This document shows, in pieces, positions 33,097 through 42,895 of a stretch of 64,000 nt of DNA (position 1 is its first letter; each line of letters begins with the position of its first letter). The stretch is from Patescibacteria group bacterium (GTDB taxonomy: Bacteria; Patescibacteriota; Minisyncoccia; Phycocordibacterales; UBA1550). The stretch lies in NCBI GenBank assembly GCA_038062675.1, contig JBBTWP010000001.1:48920-112919 (forward strand). Direction: 5' to 3'. Both the position numbers and the translations under genes were made by a program. The notes beneath the pieces were generated by a model. That model saw only the letters and a list, made by a program, of their open reading frames with translations. It did not search any database and had not been told where the DNA came from.

Positions 33097-33519
33097 ATGT
33101 GGATTGTCTATGCGTTTTTGTCAGCACTTACTGCCGCACTTGTGGCGATTTTTGCAAAGTTGGGATTGAAAAATATTGATGTTACGCTTGCCACTACAGT
33201 GCGCGCGATTATCATGGGTGTTTTTTTGATTATGGTGGCGATTGTGCTTCGAAAGTTTGATGGGTTTACCCTTGCGTCATTTTCGGTTCGTGAGTGGACA
33301 CTCATTACCTTGTCGGGTATTGCCGGAGCGCTCTCGTGGCTTTTTTATTTTTTCGCTCTCAAGACGGGAACAGCATCACAAGTGGTGGCAATCGACAAAT
33401 TGAGCGTGGTTTTCGTCGTTATTCTCGCCGTGATTTTTCTCGGCGAAGTACTTACATGGAAAACGGCACTCGGTGCGGTATTTATGGCAACAGGAGCAAT
33501 TTTAATGGTCTTAAAATAA
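33097..33519 (+). CDS. EamA family transporter (single domain)
   Basis: AALVAIFAKLG, SWLFYFFALK, VVAIDKLSV. Confidence 0.88.
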   Translation: MWIVYAFLSALTAALVAIFAKLGLKNIDVTLATTVRAIIMGVFLIMVAIVLRKFDGFTLASFSVREWTLITLSGIAGALSWLFYFFALKTGTASQVVAIDKLSVVFVVILAVIFLGEVLTWKTALGAVFMATGAILMVLK

Positions 33520-33529
33520 AATCTACACT

Positions 33530-34033
33530 ATGAAAAAACAACAAGAGCTTCATCAACAAATCTGCGACCTGCATCTTCACACGCAAGGAGAGAAAGAATA
33601 CGGTGTGGCATATCGCGAGCATTTTCTTGAGCAATACAAGATCGCAATTCAAGGGATTGATTACACTAGCAAATGGAAGCATTTTGTAAATAATTATTTT
33701 CTCACTATTCATACAGTGCTTCTCGCTGCCATAGGGCTTTCTGTTGCGCGCGATCAAATCATGGCGCCTGTTCTGACACATCAAATTGTTCCGATTATTG
33801 GTGTATTTATGGCGACTGCATGGTGGGTCATGGTGCGAAGTTCCAATGATGTTTTGTCTGCAAAGTTCGCAATTCTTCATTGTATTGAGAAGCATTTACC
33901 ACTCGCAATCTACAAGACCGAATGGGAAATTCTTGGAGCTTTTTCTTCTGCTGCTCGTCGCATTGCCGTCATTGAAGCGATTGTCCCTTTTTTGTTTCTC
34001 GTGTTTTACGGGCTTATTTTAATTTTTTTGTAA
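33530..34033 (+). CDS. small 3-TM membrane protein
   Basis: LEQYK..NNYFLTI..W..KF.ILH.IE..LP..Y..EW pattern. Confidence 0.7.
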   Translation: MKKQQELHQQICDLHLHTQGEKEYGVAYREHFLEQYKIAIQGIDYTSKWKHFVNNYFLTIHTVLLAAIGLSVARDQIMAPVLTHQIVPIIGVFMATAWWVMVRSSNDVLSAKFAILHCIEKHLPLAIYKTEWEILGAFSSAARRIAVIEAIVPFLFLVFYGLILIFL

Positions 34034-34060
34034 AGTGATGGTAATTATATTAAGATAGAC

Positions 34061-35851
34061 ATGATGAATTCACAAGAAATTAGACAGCGATTTCTGGCAT
34101 TTTTTGAGAAGCGGGGGCACGCCATTATTCCCTCGTCACCCCTGGTGCCCGAAAATGACCCTTCAGTGCTTTTTAATACTGCAGGTATGCAACCGCTCGT
34201 GCCGTATCTCATGGGTTCACCCCACCCCAGCGGAGCGCGTCTCGCGGACGCACAGAAGTGTGTGCGCACGGGCGACATCGACGAAATCGGCGACAATACG
34301 CATGTCACCTTTTTTGAAATGCTTGGCAATTGGTCACTCGGCGATTATTTCAAAGACGAGTCTATCAAGTGGAGCTATGAACTTCTAACCTCAAAAGAAG
34401 AAGGGTTTGGGCTTGATCCCAAGCGTCTCTATGTGACGGTGTTTGAAGGGAATGATGATGCTCCGCGTGATGAAGAATCTGCTGCTATTTGGAAAAAGAT
34501 TTTTGCAGACGCAGGGATTTCTGGCGAGCGTATTTATTTTTTGCCCGCAAAGTCAAACTGGTGGAGCCCTGGCGACAATGGTCCCTGTGGTCCTGACACG
34601 GAAATGTTTTATGATGTGACGGGTAAACTGACTGATGGTATGACCAAGGAGGAATACCTTGCAGCCGACGAACGACAAGAGGTGGTAGAGGTCTGGAACA
34701 ATGTGTTCATGGAATACGAGAAAAAAGAGGGCAAGGTGGTAGGTAAACTTGCGCAAAAAAACGTAGATACGGGTTCTGGGCTCGAGCGTATCACGATGGC
34801 AATACAGGGCAAGAACAATATTTTTGATACAGATTTGTTTGTGCCGGTTATGGAGAAAATTAAATCGGGGGCAACGCACTACGACGAGCGGGCAGCGCGC
34901 ATTGTTGCTGACCATATTCGTACTGCGGTGTTTATGATTGGGGATGGAGTACGACCATCGAACACTGACCAAGGGTATATTTTGCGCCGACTTCTCCGCC
35001 GCGCTGTGCGCTTTGCGGATGTTCTGGGGATGCCACAAGGGACTCTTGTTGGTCTTGTGCCGGTATTCGCAGAAAAATACCAGGGAGTCTACAAAAATGT
35101 GGGAGCACAAATAGAGCTTGTCACCAATGAAATTCGTGGTGAGGAGGAGAAGTTCCGAAAGACGCTGGAGCGCGGGATAAAAGAATTTTCGAGGATTCCT
35201 CGCGGTGGTAGTGTGAGTGGGGTGCAAGCAAGTACTATGTTTACCACGTTTGGTTTTCCGTTTGAAATGATTACTGAACTTGCAAAAGAGTCAGGGATCA
35301 CCGTTGACGAAGTCGGTTTCCGTGAAGAAATGAAAAAACACCAAGAGCTTTCTCGCGCCGGTGCAGAGCAAAAATTCAAAGGCGGGCTTGCGGATGCAAA
35401 CGAGACGACGGTGATGCTCCACACTTCGACTCACCTCATGCTTGCAGGGTTGCGCAAATATCTCGGTGACCACGTGCATCAAGCGGGCTCAAACATAACA
35501 GTCGAGCGCACACGTTTCGACTTTACGCATCCGGAAAAGGTATCGCGCGAAACACTCGACAAAGTAGAAGCGTATGTGAATGAAGCAATTGCAAAGAAAT
35601 GTGGCGTAACGATTGAGCAAATGCCAAAAGGTGAGGCGCAAAAAAGGGGAGTTGAGGGGAGTTTTTGGGAAAAATATCCCGATGTGGTCAATGTGTATAT
35701 GGTCAAAGCTTCAGATGGCACTGTGTACTCGCAGGAGCTCTGTGGTGGCCCGCATGTCGAAAGTACCGCAACTATCAAGGGTACATTCAAAATCATCAAA
35801 GAAGAGGCAGTTTCGCAAGGTGTCCGTCGCGTGAAGGCAGTCTTGGTTTAA
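34061..35851 (+). CDS. alaS: alanine--tRNA ligase (no C-Ala domain)
   Basis: LFNTAGM, HVTFFEMLGNWS, DTGSGLER, editing HTSTH and ELCGGPHV; ends at GVRRVKAVLV. Confidence 0.96.
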   Translation: MMNSQEIRQRFLAFFEKRGHAIIPSSPLVPENDPSVLFNTAGMQPLVPYLMGSPHPSGARLADAQKCVRTGDIDEIGDNTHVTFFEMLGNWSLGDYFKDESIKWSYELLTSKEEGFGLDPKRLYVTVFEGNDDAPRDEESAAIWKKIFADAGISGERIYFLPAKSNWWSPGDNGPCGPDTEMFYDVTGKLTDGMTKEEYLAADERQEVVEVWNNVFMEYEKKEGKVVGKLAQKNVDTGSGLERITMAIQGKNNIFDTDLFVPVMEKIKSGATHYDERAARIVADHIRTAVFMIGDGVRPSNTDQGYILRRLLRRAVRFADVLGMPQGTLVGLVPVFAEKYQGVYKNVGAQIELVTNEIRGEEEKFRKTLERGIKEFSRIPRGGSVSGVQASTMFTTFGFPFEMITELAKESGITVDEVGFREEMKKHQELSRAGAEQKFKGGLADANETTVMLHTSTHLMLAGLRKYLGDHVHQAGSNITVERTRFDFTHPEKVSRETLDKVEAYVNEAIAKKCGVTIEQMPKGEAQKRGVEGSFWEKYPDVVNVYMVKASDGTVYSQELCGGPHVESTATIKGTFKIIKEEAVSQGVRRVKAVLV

Positions 35852-36073
35852 AGGGCATTCTCCTTATTGTTTATGCACCTATCTCATGCCCGAGCATGCT
35901 ATAAGGTGTAAAAAGGGGGGGGGTTGACAAATGGTTTGCTAGGTGATATACTATTAACAATCTATTAGGAGATCTCAATAGAGCACATTGCAGACGTTTG
36001 AGTTGTAATGTCTGTTCTTTTAAACCAAATCGACTGGCGATAAAATCAAAGGCGATATTGCGGAGGATTTACC

Positions 36074-36697
36074 ATGAACGTAAGGTTCTATTTTGGCAGC
36101 AGTAAAAAGGCAATTGCAACTTACTTAAAATTGGGCTCAGACGTCCAAGGACATTATGTTGCGAGCGACGCCGACCCAAGAGACCCGACATTTATCTTGC
36201 GTGAGGAATTGCGTGAGAACATCTCTTTCGTTTCATGCCTCGTCCATCACTCCATCGTATCAAAGTGGCGTCTTCCAGACGGTGTTTCTTTTTGCAATAT
36301 CCCAGGGGTGGTGATTATTCATGATGCCCATCGCATCCCCAACTCTGAAGCTATTGTTAAGGCGCCAACGTGGGAGGCTCTATGTTCAGTATTTGAACAG
36401 CTCGAGAATCCAGAGTTGGTATACACTATGCCAAGGTCTAAATATCTCCTTGAACGTGCTTTGGAAAAGCAAATCGCAGCAGAAAAGGTCATTAAGTGGC
36501 TTCAAATTGATTGCAGTTGGATGAGTCACCGCATTGAATCTGATACAAGCCGTGCCTTGTTGACAGAGAAGGAAATTGGTCGGTTGAAGGCAGAAGTCCA
36601 TCAGTTGAAGCAGGATTTGGCAATTGCTAACAAGCGACCGTGGCGACGGAGTGCGAATTTTGCAAAATCGATTTGGAATCGTATGTGTGTAGAATGA
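36074..36697 (+). CDS. hypothetical protein with C-terminal coiled coil (ORFan cassette)
   Basis: GGAGG SD; own TTGACA...TATACT promoter; followed by terminator. Confidence 0.65.
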   Translation: MNVRFYFGSSKKAIATYLKLGSDVQGHYVASDADPRDPTFILREELRENISFVSCLVHHSIVSKWRLPDGVSFCNIPGVVIIHDAHRIPNSEAIVKAPTWEALCSVFEQLENPELVYTMPRSKYLLERALEKQIAAEKVIKWLQIDCSWMSHRIESDTSRALLTEKEIGRLKAEVHQLKQDLAIANKRPWRRSANFAKSIWNRMCVE

Positions 36698-36722
36698 TGG
36701 GGGGAGTATAACCCTCATCCCC

Positions 36723-36756
36723 ATGGCGGCTTTCTTAGGAAGGTCGCCATTTTTTT
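36723..36756 (+). terminator. intrinsic terminator
   Basis: ATGGCGGCTTTC / GAAGGTCGCCAT plus T tract. Confidence 0.75.
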
Positions 36757-36835
36757 GTATCTCTGGGTTGTTATTCACACTTATTTGATTATTATCTTGA
36801 AATAAAATTATTGTGCGTGGTATACTGTAAGAGTA

Positions 36836-38020
36836 ATGGCTTTTTCTTTTTTTTCCGAATCTGAAGATAAATCTCTCGTCCTACTAGTGGATGTTGGGTC
36901 GGGGAGTGTTGGAGGTGCTCTGGTAAGAATTTCTGCGGGAAAACCACCGCACGTTCTTGCTACGGTGCGTCGTAATATTGAATTTCAAAACGCTCTTTCG
37001 TCTGCTCGGTTTCTTCTGACAATGAATAATGCACTCGAGCAGACACTCAAAGATCTTCAGGGGTTCGCGAAAGGGCATGGTGCGCCATCGCAGATTTTTT
37101 GTACCCTCTCATCTCCGTGGTTTATTCTCAAAACTCGGCACTTGCGCGTTGTTCGAGGAGAACCTTTTGAAGTCTCTGAGCGAGTGGTAAAAGAATTTCT
37201 GGATGAAGAGATTTTAAAGTTAAAAGAAGAACTCGCCCTCACATTGCCACCCAAAGAGGTTGAAGTTATTGAAAAGAAAATCATTCAAATGAAATTGAAT
37301 GGTTATGAGCTCAAAAATCCGTATGGTCAAAAAACCTCACAAATGGAAATGGTGGTTGCTATTGGGGTTTCGTCTACGCGAGTTGTTGCGAGCATCAAGC
37401 GAAAAATCGGGCAAATTTTTCATACAAAATCGCTTAGGTTTGGGTCGTTTCCCCTTGTGGCATTCAGCGCCCTTCGTGATATTTTCCCTAACGAAAGGAA
37501 TTTTTTGTTCTTGGACATTACGGGAGAAGCGACTGATGTGTCGCTGGTAGAGCGAGATGTATTGTTGGGGAATTCTCTGTTTCCGCGGGGGAGGAATTTT
37601 TTTGTTCGAGAAATCTCAACTGCGCTTCACACTGTACACGAAGAAGCGGAATCATTATTCAATATGCATGTGCGTGGTGAGCTTGCTGGGCCCAAAAAAG
37701 TTGCAGTTGCAGATATTATTGAGCGTAGTCGTGTTGAATGGTTGGACCGTTTCGAAAAGGCACTCGCAGTCCTCGCAGGAGAAGGCACGCTGCCCCGTAC
37801 GGTGTTCTTTCTTGCAGACGCTGATGTCGCCGCCTTTTTCTCGGAAGTCATCAATGGCGCACAGTCAAAGTTTTTACTTAACAATGGATTTGAGTCACGA
37901 TTCCTGGATGCACTCATCACTATGCAGTTTGTAGGTTTTGAAAGCGGAGTGATTCGTGACCCGTTTTTGGTTGTCCTAGCGCTCCTCGCTCACAAGGAAT
38001 TAACCGCTTCCGAATCCTAG
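36836..38020 (+). CDS. FtsA/PilM-like actin-fold protein
   Basis: VDVGSGSVGG and LDITGEATDV phosphate-loop-like motifs. Confidence 0.6.
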   Translation: MAFSFFSESEDKSLVLLVDVGSGSVGGALVRISAGKPPHVLATVRRNIEFQNALSSARFLLTMNNALEQTLKDLQGFAKGHGAPSQIFCTLSSPWFILKTRHLRVVRGEPFEVSERVVKEFLDEEILKLKEELALTLPPKEVEVIEKKIIQMKLNGYELKNPYGQKTSQMEMVVAIGVSSTRVVASIKRKIGQIFHTKSLRFGSFPLVAFSALRDIFPNERNFLFLDITGEATDVSLVERDVLLGNSLFPRGRNFFVREISTALHTVHEEAESLFNMHVRGELAGPKKVAVADIIERSRVEWLDRFEKALAVLAGEGTLPRTVFFLADADVAAFFSEVINGAQSKFLLNNGFESRFLDALITMQFVGFESGVIRDPFLVVLALLAHKELTASES

Positions 38021-38041
38021 GAACACATTTATTTTACTACT

Positions 38042-39403
38042 ATGAGCAACGAACAACCACGAAAACCAATTCAAGATATCATGGTTCCTCACCAAGAGCT
38101 TCTTCGTCGACCGGTCTCCACAACAAGTCATGCTAATGTGGTTTTGAGTGCGCGCCCAAAAGAGCCTACTCCTCGCCGAATCGAAAACAACCCTTTTTTT
38201 GCGAAAAATACCGAACCGCGTGAACAGAAAAAAGCAAAAAAATCTGGTTTCTGGTTTCTGGTTCTAGGTGTTGTTGTGCTTCTTGCTGCATTGTTTGGGC
38301 TTGCGGTATTTTTTTCTTCCGCGAACATTGAACTTACTCCTATTTCTAAAAGTGTCGTGCTTGACCATGAATTTTCTGCAACCGCCAATCTGGACGGAGA
38401 TAACCTTGTGTTCGAGTTTGTGAGTTTTTCAGATGAGAAGACAAAAGAAATTCCCGCAACTGTGGAGCAGAAAATCCAGAAAAAAGCGTCAGGGAAGGTC
38501 CTCATCTATAATTCCTACAGTGCAACAAGTCAACGACTTATCAAAAACACTCGCCTCGAGTCTTCTGATCATAAGATTTTTCGAATTGATGAGTCTGTGG
38601 TTGTTCCGGGGGCAAAAGTGAGCACAAAAGCGGGGGAACGAGGCAAAATCGTAGAGCCGGGGAAGGTGGAGGTTGTTGTGTATGCAGATGTGCCCGGCAA
38701 AGAATATAATATTGGCTTGGGGGACTTCACAATTCCCGGATTCAAGGGCGATCCACGCTATACAAAGTTTACCGCACGTTCAAATCCAACCTCTCTTATT
38801 GGTGGAGGGTTTTCTGGCACCATAAAGGTTCCTTCCGAGTCCGCTGTAACGACAGCGCAAAATGAGCTCAGAGAAGAACTCAAGAAGAATGCGATTGATA
38901 AATCGCGCGCACAAATTCCTGAAAATAAATCCTTTTTTCCGGGGAGCGTTATTATGAAATTTGAAGAAGTCCCTCAAGATTTTTCAGCTGATTCGGTGGC
39001 AAAAATATCTCTTCGCGCCAGCACATCAATATTTTTCTTTGACACCGAGTCACTTACCAAAAAAATTATCGGAAAGGCGATTCCTCAAGAATCCGCAAAA
39101 CCTCTTGCCGTCTCTAGTATTGGATCAATCTCATTCGCATTCCTTGACCCTGTCGATAATGTGGTGCTCTCTGACTTAAAGCATGTTCGCTTTAAGCTCT
39201 CGGGGGAAGCGTCGTTTGTAGGAAATATCGATACTGAAAAATTGCGGGCACTTTTAGCGGGGAAAACAAGAGAAGAATCTTTTACGGTTATTAAAAATCA
39301 AAACAATGTTGAAAAAATGAATTTTATCATTCGGCCATTTTGGCAAAAGAGACTTCCTCTGGATCCTCAGAAAATATTTGTTAAAGTTTTGATCCCAAAC
39401 TAA
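38042..39403 (+). CDS. membrane-anchored protein (baseplate-J-like domain)
   Basis: single TM; KASGKVLIYN..QRLIKNTR..VVVPG..ADVPGKEYNIG..FTIPG. Confidence 0.65.
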   Translation: MSNEQPRKPIQDIMVPHQELLRRPVSTTSHANVVLSARPKEPTPRRIENNPFFAKNTEPREQKKAKKSGFWFLVLGVVVLLAALFGLAVFFSSANIELTPISKSVVLDHEFSATANLDGDNLVFEFVSFSDEKTKEIPATVEQKIQKKASGKVLIYNSYSATSQRLIKNTRLESSDHKIFRIDESVVVPGAKVSTKAGERGKIVEPGKVEVVVYADVPGKEYNIGLGDFTIPGFKGDPRYTKFTARSNPTSLIGGGFSGTIKVPSESAVTTAQNELREELKKNAIDKSRAQIPENKSFFPGSVIMKFEEVPQDFSADSVAKISLRASTSIFFFDTESLTKKIIGKAIPQESAKPLAVSSIGSISFAFLDPVDNVVLSDLKHVRFKLSGEASFVGNIDTEKLRALLAGKTREESFTVIKNQNNVEKMNFIIRPFWQKRLPLDPQKIFVKVLIPN

Positions 39404-39463
39404 TCTATTCGAGCGTTTACCTATTGACGGCGCAAGTATTATTTGATACCATAAAAGTTCGCA

Positions 39464-39682
39464 ATGGCAGAAACAGAAAAAGTTGAGGAATTAGTACAAG
39501 GGGAGGTCATCGAAGCCCTCCCCAGCACTATGTTTCGTGTTCAGTTTCCTGACGGAAACGTACTCATAAGTTACCTTGCGGGCAAGATGCGATTTAATCG
39601 TATCAAGGTTTTAGTGGGGGATAAAGTGTTTGTAAAAATTGACCCCTATGGCGGTAAAGGACGCATTGTAAAACGCCTTTAG
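39464..39682 (+). CDS. infA: translation initiation factor IF-1
   Basis: GEVIEALPSTMFRV..YLAGKMR..GDKV..GRIV. Confidence 0.95.
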   Translation: MAETEKVEELVQGEVIEALPSTMFRVQFPDGNVLISYLAGKMRFNRIKVLVGDKVFVKIDPYGGKGRIVKRL

Positions 39683-39726
39683 TTTGCAGCACAAAAGGGG
39701 TTTTTGTAGAAACTTGGTCTATGGTA

Positions 39727-39755
39727 TTGCATTTAATTTCAATTTGCTGTAGACT
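39727..39755 (+). promoter_or_regulatory. sigma70 promoter of rpmJ-rpsM operon
   Basis: TTGCAT-17-TAGACT. Confidence 0.55.
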
Positions 39756-39842
39756 AGGAAAATCGTTTTGTTTAATGACCCCATTAGATTGCCGATCTTA
39801 GTAGTTTAGTTAGGTCGGGAGTCTAAGGGTTTTTTATGTGAT

Positions 39843-39956
39843 ATGAAAGTACGAGCATCAGTAAAAAAAATTTGTGTGAAATGCAAGACGGTCAAACGAG
39901 CCAATCGTGTTCGTGTTATTTGTGCTGACCCCCGCCACAAACAACGTCAAGGTTAA
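39843..39956 (+). CDS. rpmJ: 50S ribosomal protein L36
   Basis: not in ORF track; translated by hand as [37 protein letters not shown]. Confidence 0.96.
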   Translation: MKVRASVKKICVKCKTVKRANRVRVICADPRHKQRQG

Positions 39957-39994
39957 GATTTTCATTATTACTAACACTATTATTTAGGTCATAT

Positions 39995-40375
39995 ATGCGT
40001 ATTCTTGGAGTTACAATACCGGATGAAAAACGATTGGAAATTAGCCTGACTTCCGTCTATGGCATCGGGCGTCCTCGTGCAAAAAAAATTCTTGACGAGG
40101 TGGCAATCGAATACAACAAGCGGGCAAAGGAGCTCACTCCGGACGAAGAAGGAAAAATTCGTAAAGCTATTGAAGTTTTCACTCTCGAAGGAGACCTTAA
40201 GCGAGAAATTTCAGTTTCCATTAAACGCTTGAAGGACATTAAGGCATATCGTGGAGTTCGCCACATGAAGAAACTTCCTGTTCGCGGACAACGCACCAAG
40301 ACAAATTCTCGAACGGTCCGCGGGAATATGCGCAAGACCATGGGTAGCGGTCGTCGCAAAGCCGAGAAGAAATAA
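39995..40375 (+). CDS. rpsM: 30S ribosomal protein S13
   Basis: YGIG, YRGVRH..LPVRGQRTKTNSRT. Confidence 0.97.
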   Translation: MRILGVTIPDEKRLEISLTSVYGIGRPRAKKILDEVAIEYNKRAKELTPDEEGKIRKAIEVFTLEGDLKREISVSIKRLKDIKAYRGVRHMKKLPVRGQRTKTNSRTVRGNMRKTMGSGRRKAEKK

Positions 40376-40402
40376 ACATACCAAACAGCATACAATAGTA
40401 TT

Positions 40403-40837
40403 ATGGGAAAAAAACGAATTATCAAAAAAGAAGGACAAAGCGTTGATCAGGGATTGGTATCTCGCGCTCTTGGACGTCAGGCAAAAAAGAAACACGTTGC
40501 AGGAACGCTTTTTGTGCAATCAACGTACAACAACACGAAAGTACTCCTTTCAGACAAGAAGGGGAATGCGCTTGCGTGGTCTTCGAGTGGCTCGCTTGGT
40601 TTCAAGGGAGCAAAGAAAGGAACTCCATTCGCAGCAGCAAAAGTTGGCGAATTGGTTGGAGAGCGCGCTGTCATCATGGGCATTAAAGAGGTTGACGTGG
40701 TGGTAAAGGGTGTTGGATCAGGTCGCGAGAGTTCAATTCGTGCCTTTAACTCAAAAGGTATCGACATTACGCTTATCCGCGACATGACCCCTGTTCCTCA
40801 CAACGGACCAAAGCCAAAGAAGCCCCGAAGAATTTAA
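40403..40837 (+). CDS. rpsK: 30S ribosomal protein S11
   Basis: STYNNT, GFKGAKKGTPFAA, DMTPVPHNG. Confidence 0.97.
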   Translation: MGKKRIIKKEGQSVDQGLVSRALGRQAKKKHVAGTLFVQSTYNNTKVLLSDKKGNALAWSSSGSLGFKGAKKGTPFAAAKVGELVGERAVIMGIKEVDVVVKGVGSGRESSIRAFNSKGIDITLIRDMTPVPHNGPKPKKPRRI

Positions 40838-40853
40838 TATATTATTATACATT

Positions 40854-41468
40854 ATGAGCAGAGTTACCTGTAAAATTTGTCGTCGACTTGGAGAATCAAT
40901 TTGTGGCCGCGAAAAGTGTGCTTTTAAGAAGCGCCCGTATCCGCCAGGAAAGTTGCTTTCTGAGAAGAAGCATCGTGCAACGTTGACCGACTTCGGTCGC
41001 CAGCTTCGTGAGACGCAAAAGGTGCGCAATACTTACGGGCTCAGTGAAAAGCAGTTTAGTAATTACGTAAAAGAAGCTTCCGGAAAACAGGGAGTGAATC
41101 CTTCTGAATATCTTTTTGAAGCACTTGAGTCTCGTCTCGACAACGCCGTCTTTCGTGCTGGCTTTGCTCCTGCTCGCTCTGTGGCGCGTCAAATCGTAAA
41201 TCACGGACATATTACGGTAAATGGTCGTCGCACCAACATCCCTTCACGCCGGCTAAAGCTGGGCGACATCCTCACTATTCGCGAGGGAAGTAAAAAATCC
41301 AAACTTTTTGAAGGAATTTCTGAGAAGTTGAAAAATACACCAGCAGCGACAACATGGATGAAGATTGACGCAGAGAAACAAACGGCACACTTCCAAGGCA
41401 AACCAAAGCTTGGACAGGTGGAACAAGCATTTAATCTTACTGCCATTGTTGAATTTTATAGCCGTTAA
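40854..41468 (+). CDS. rpsD: 30S ribosomal protein S4
   Basis: CKICRR Zn motif, LESRLDN, ARQIVNHGH, IVEFYSR. Confidence 0.97.
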   Translation: MSRVTCKICRRLGESICGREKCAFKKRPYPPGKLLSEKKHRATLTDFGRQLRETQKVRNTYGLSEKQFSNYVKEASGKQGVNPSEYLFEALESRLDNAVFRAGFAPARSVARQIVNHGHITVNGRRTNIPSRRLKLGDILTIREGSKKSKLFEGISEKLKNTPAATTWMKIDAEKQTAHFQGKPKLGQVEQAFNLTAIVEFYSR

Positions 41469-41539
41469 TGGGCGATAAGAAAAAGAGTTGCATTTATTAA
41501 ATAAATAAGGTATAGTTTCATTGTTTAAATTACATCATC

Positions 41540-42505
41540 ATGCTCGACTATAACATCACATTGCCGTCAAAACCAAAGGTTCTTGCGGAAGATAATTTTA
41601 AAGGAAGTTATGAAATTGAGGGCTTGTACCCTGGGTATGGTCACACGTTGGGCAATTCACTTCGTCGCATTATTTTGTCGTCACTTTTGGGTGCCGCTAT
41701 TACAACGGTAAAAATTGAAGGCGCAGCTCATGAATTTTCTACACTTGAAGGTGTCAAAGAAGATGTAATCACCATCTTGCTCAATTTGAAAAAAGTTCGC
41801 TTTAAACTTGCAACTGTTGAACCACAAGTAGTTACTCTTTCGGTAAAAGGCGCAAAAACAGTAACTGCCGGAGATATTACGGTTGGTGGACAGGTTGAAG
41901 TGTTGAATCCAGAGTTGCCTCTCGCAACACTTACCGACAAGAACGCATCTCTCACTATTGAAATCACTGTTGCAAAGGGCTTCGGATATGTTTCAAAAGA
42001 GGTGCATCAGAAAGACAAGGTTGATATTGGCACTATTGCTGTTGATGCAATTTTTACACCTATTCGTCGTGTGAACTATGAAGTTGATAACATGCGCGTT
42101 GGTGATCGTACAGACTACAATCGTTTGAAAATCAGTATTGAAACTGATGGCACTATTACCCCTCGTCGCGCACTCGAGTCTTCTATTGAGATCATGATTA
42201 ATCAGCTCAAGGCGGTTATCGGTTTTATTGAGCATGATGAAGCAGCAGAAACCACTGAAACTGTCTCGGAGGAAAAGGGAACTAAAAAAGATCCTGCTGA
42301 TAGCGAATTTCTCAAAACACGTATTGAGAGCCTTGACCTTTCTACGCGTACCGCCAATGCACTTGCTCATGCAAATGTTCGTACTGTGGGCGGTCTTGCG
42401 CGAAAGAGCGAGGAAGACCTTCTTGAGATCGACGGATTGGGCGACAAAGGAATTCAGGAGATTAAGCGCGTTCTTGGTTCACACAACCTCGTGCTCCGCA
42501 ATTAA
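41540..42505 (+). CDS. rpoA: RNA polymerase subunit alpha
   Basis: GYGHTLGNSLRRIILS, HEFSTLEGVKED, DAIFTPI, alpha-CTD. Confidence 0.97.
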   Translation: MLDYNITLPSKPKVLAEDNFKGSYEIEGLYPGYGHTLGNSLRRIILSSLLGAAITTVKIEGAAHEFSTLEGVKEDVITILLNLKKVRFKLATVEPQVVTLSVKGAKTVTAGDITVGGQVEVLNPELPLATLTDKNASLTIEITVAKGFGYVSKEVHQKDKVDIGTIAVDAIFTPIRRVNYEVDNMRVGDRTDYNRLKISIETDGTITPRRALESSIEIMINQLKAVIGFIEHDEAAETTETVSEEKGTKKDPADSEFLKTRIESLDLSTRTANALAHANVRTVGGLARKSEEDLLEIDGLGDKGIQEIKRVLGSHNLVLRN

Positions 42506-42528
42506 CATAAAGAAATTAAGTTACCATT

Positions 42529-42888
42529 ATGAAACACCACAAGTCGATGAGAAAATTTGGACGAGATCACGCAGGACGCGTAGCGCTTTTTCGTTCGCTC
42601 GCGCTCGCACTTATTGATCACGAGCAAATCAAGACCACTGAAGCGCGCGCAAAAGAACTCCGCCCACTCATTGAAAGCATGGTGACACGCGGACGTAAAA
42701 CAGACCTTGCTTCACGCCGCCTTCTTATTGCTCGCTTGGGCGGTGTTTCTGGCGAGGCTGGAGCAAAAAAACTCATTGAAGAAATCGCACCACGTTACGC
42801 CACTCGTCCGGGCGGATATACGCGCATTATTAAACTGCCTCGTCGAGGTGGGGACGCAAGCCCGATGGCAGTTATTGAATTTGTATAA
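42529..42888 (+). CDS. rplQ: 50S ribosomal protein L17
   Basis: IKTTEARAKELR, RPGGYTRIIK, RGGDASPMAVIEFV. Confidence 0.97.
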   Translation: MKHHKSMRKFGRDHAGRVALFRSLALALIDHEQIKTTEARAKELRPLIESMVTRGRKTDLASRRLLIARLGGVSGEAGAKKLIEEIAPRYATRPGGYTRIIKLPRRGGDASPMAVIEFV

Positions 42889-42895
42889 TAATTTT

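Noticed and set aside
38042-39403. Prophage suggested by the baseplate-J-like protein
   Set aside because: It is membrane-anchored, sits among core genes, and no other phage structural genes are present.
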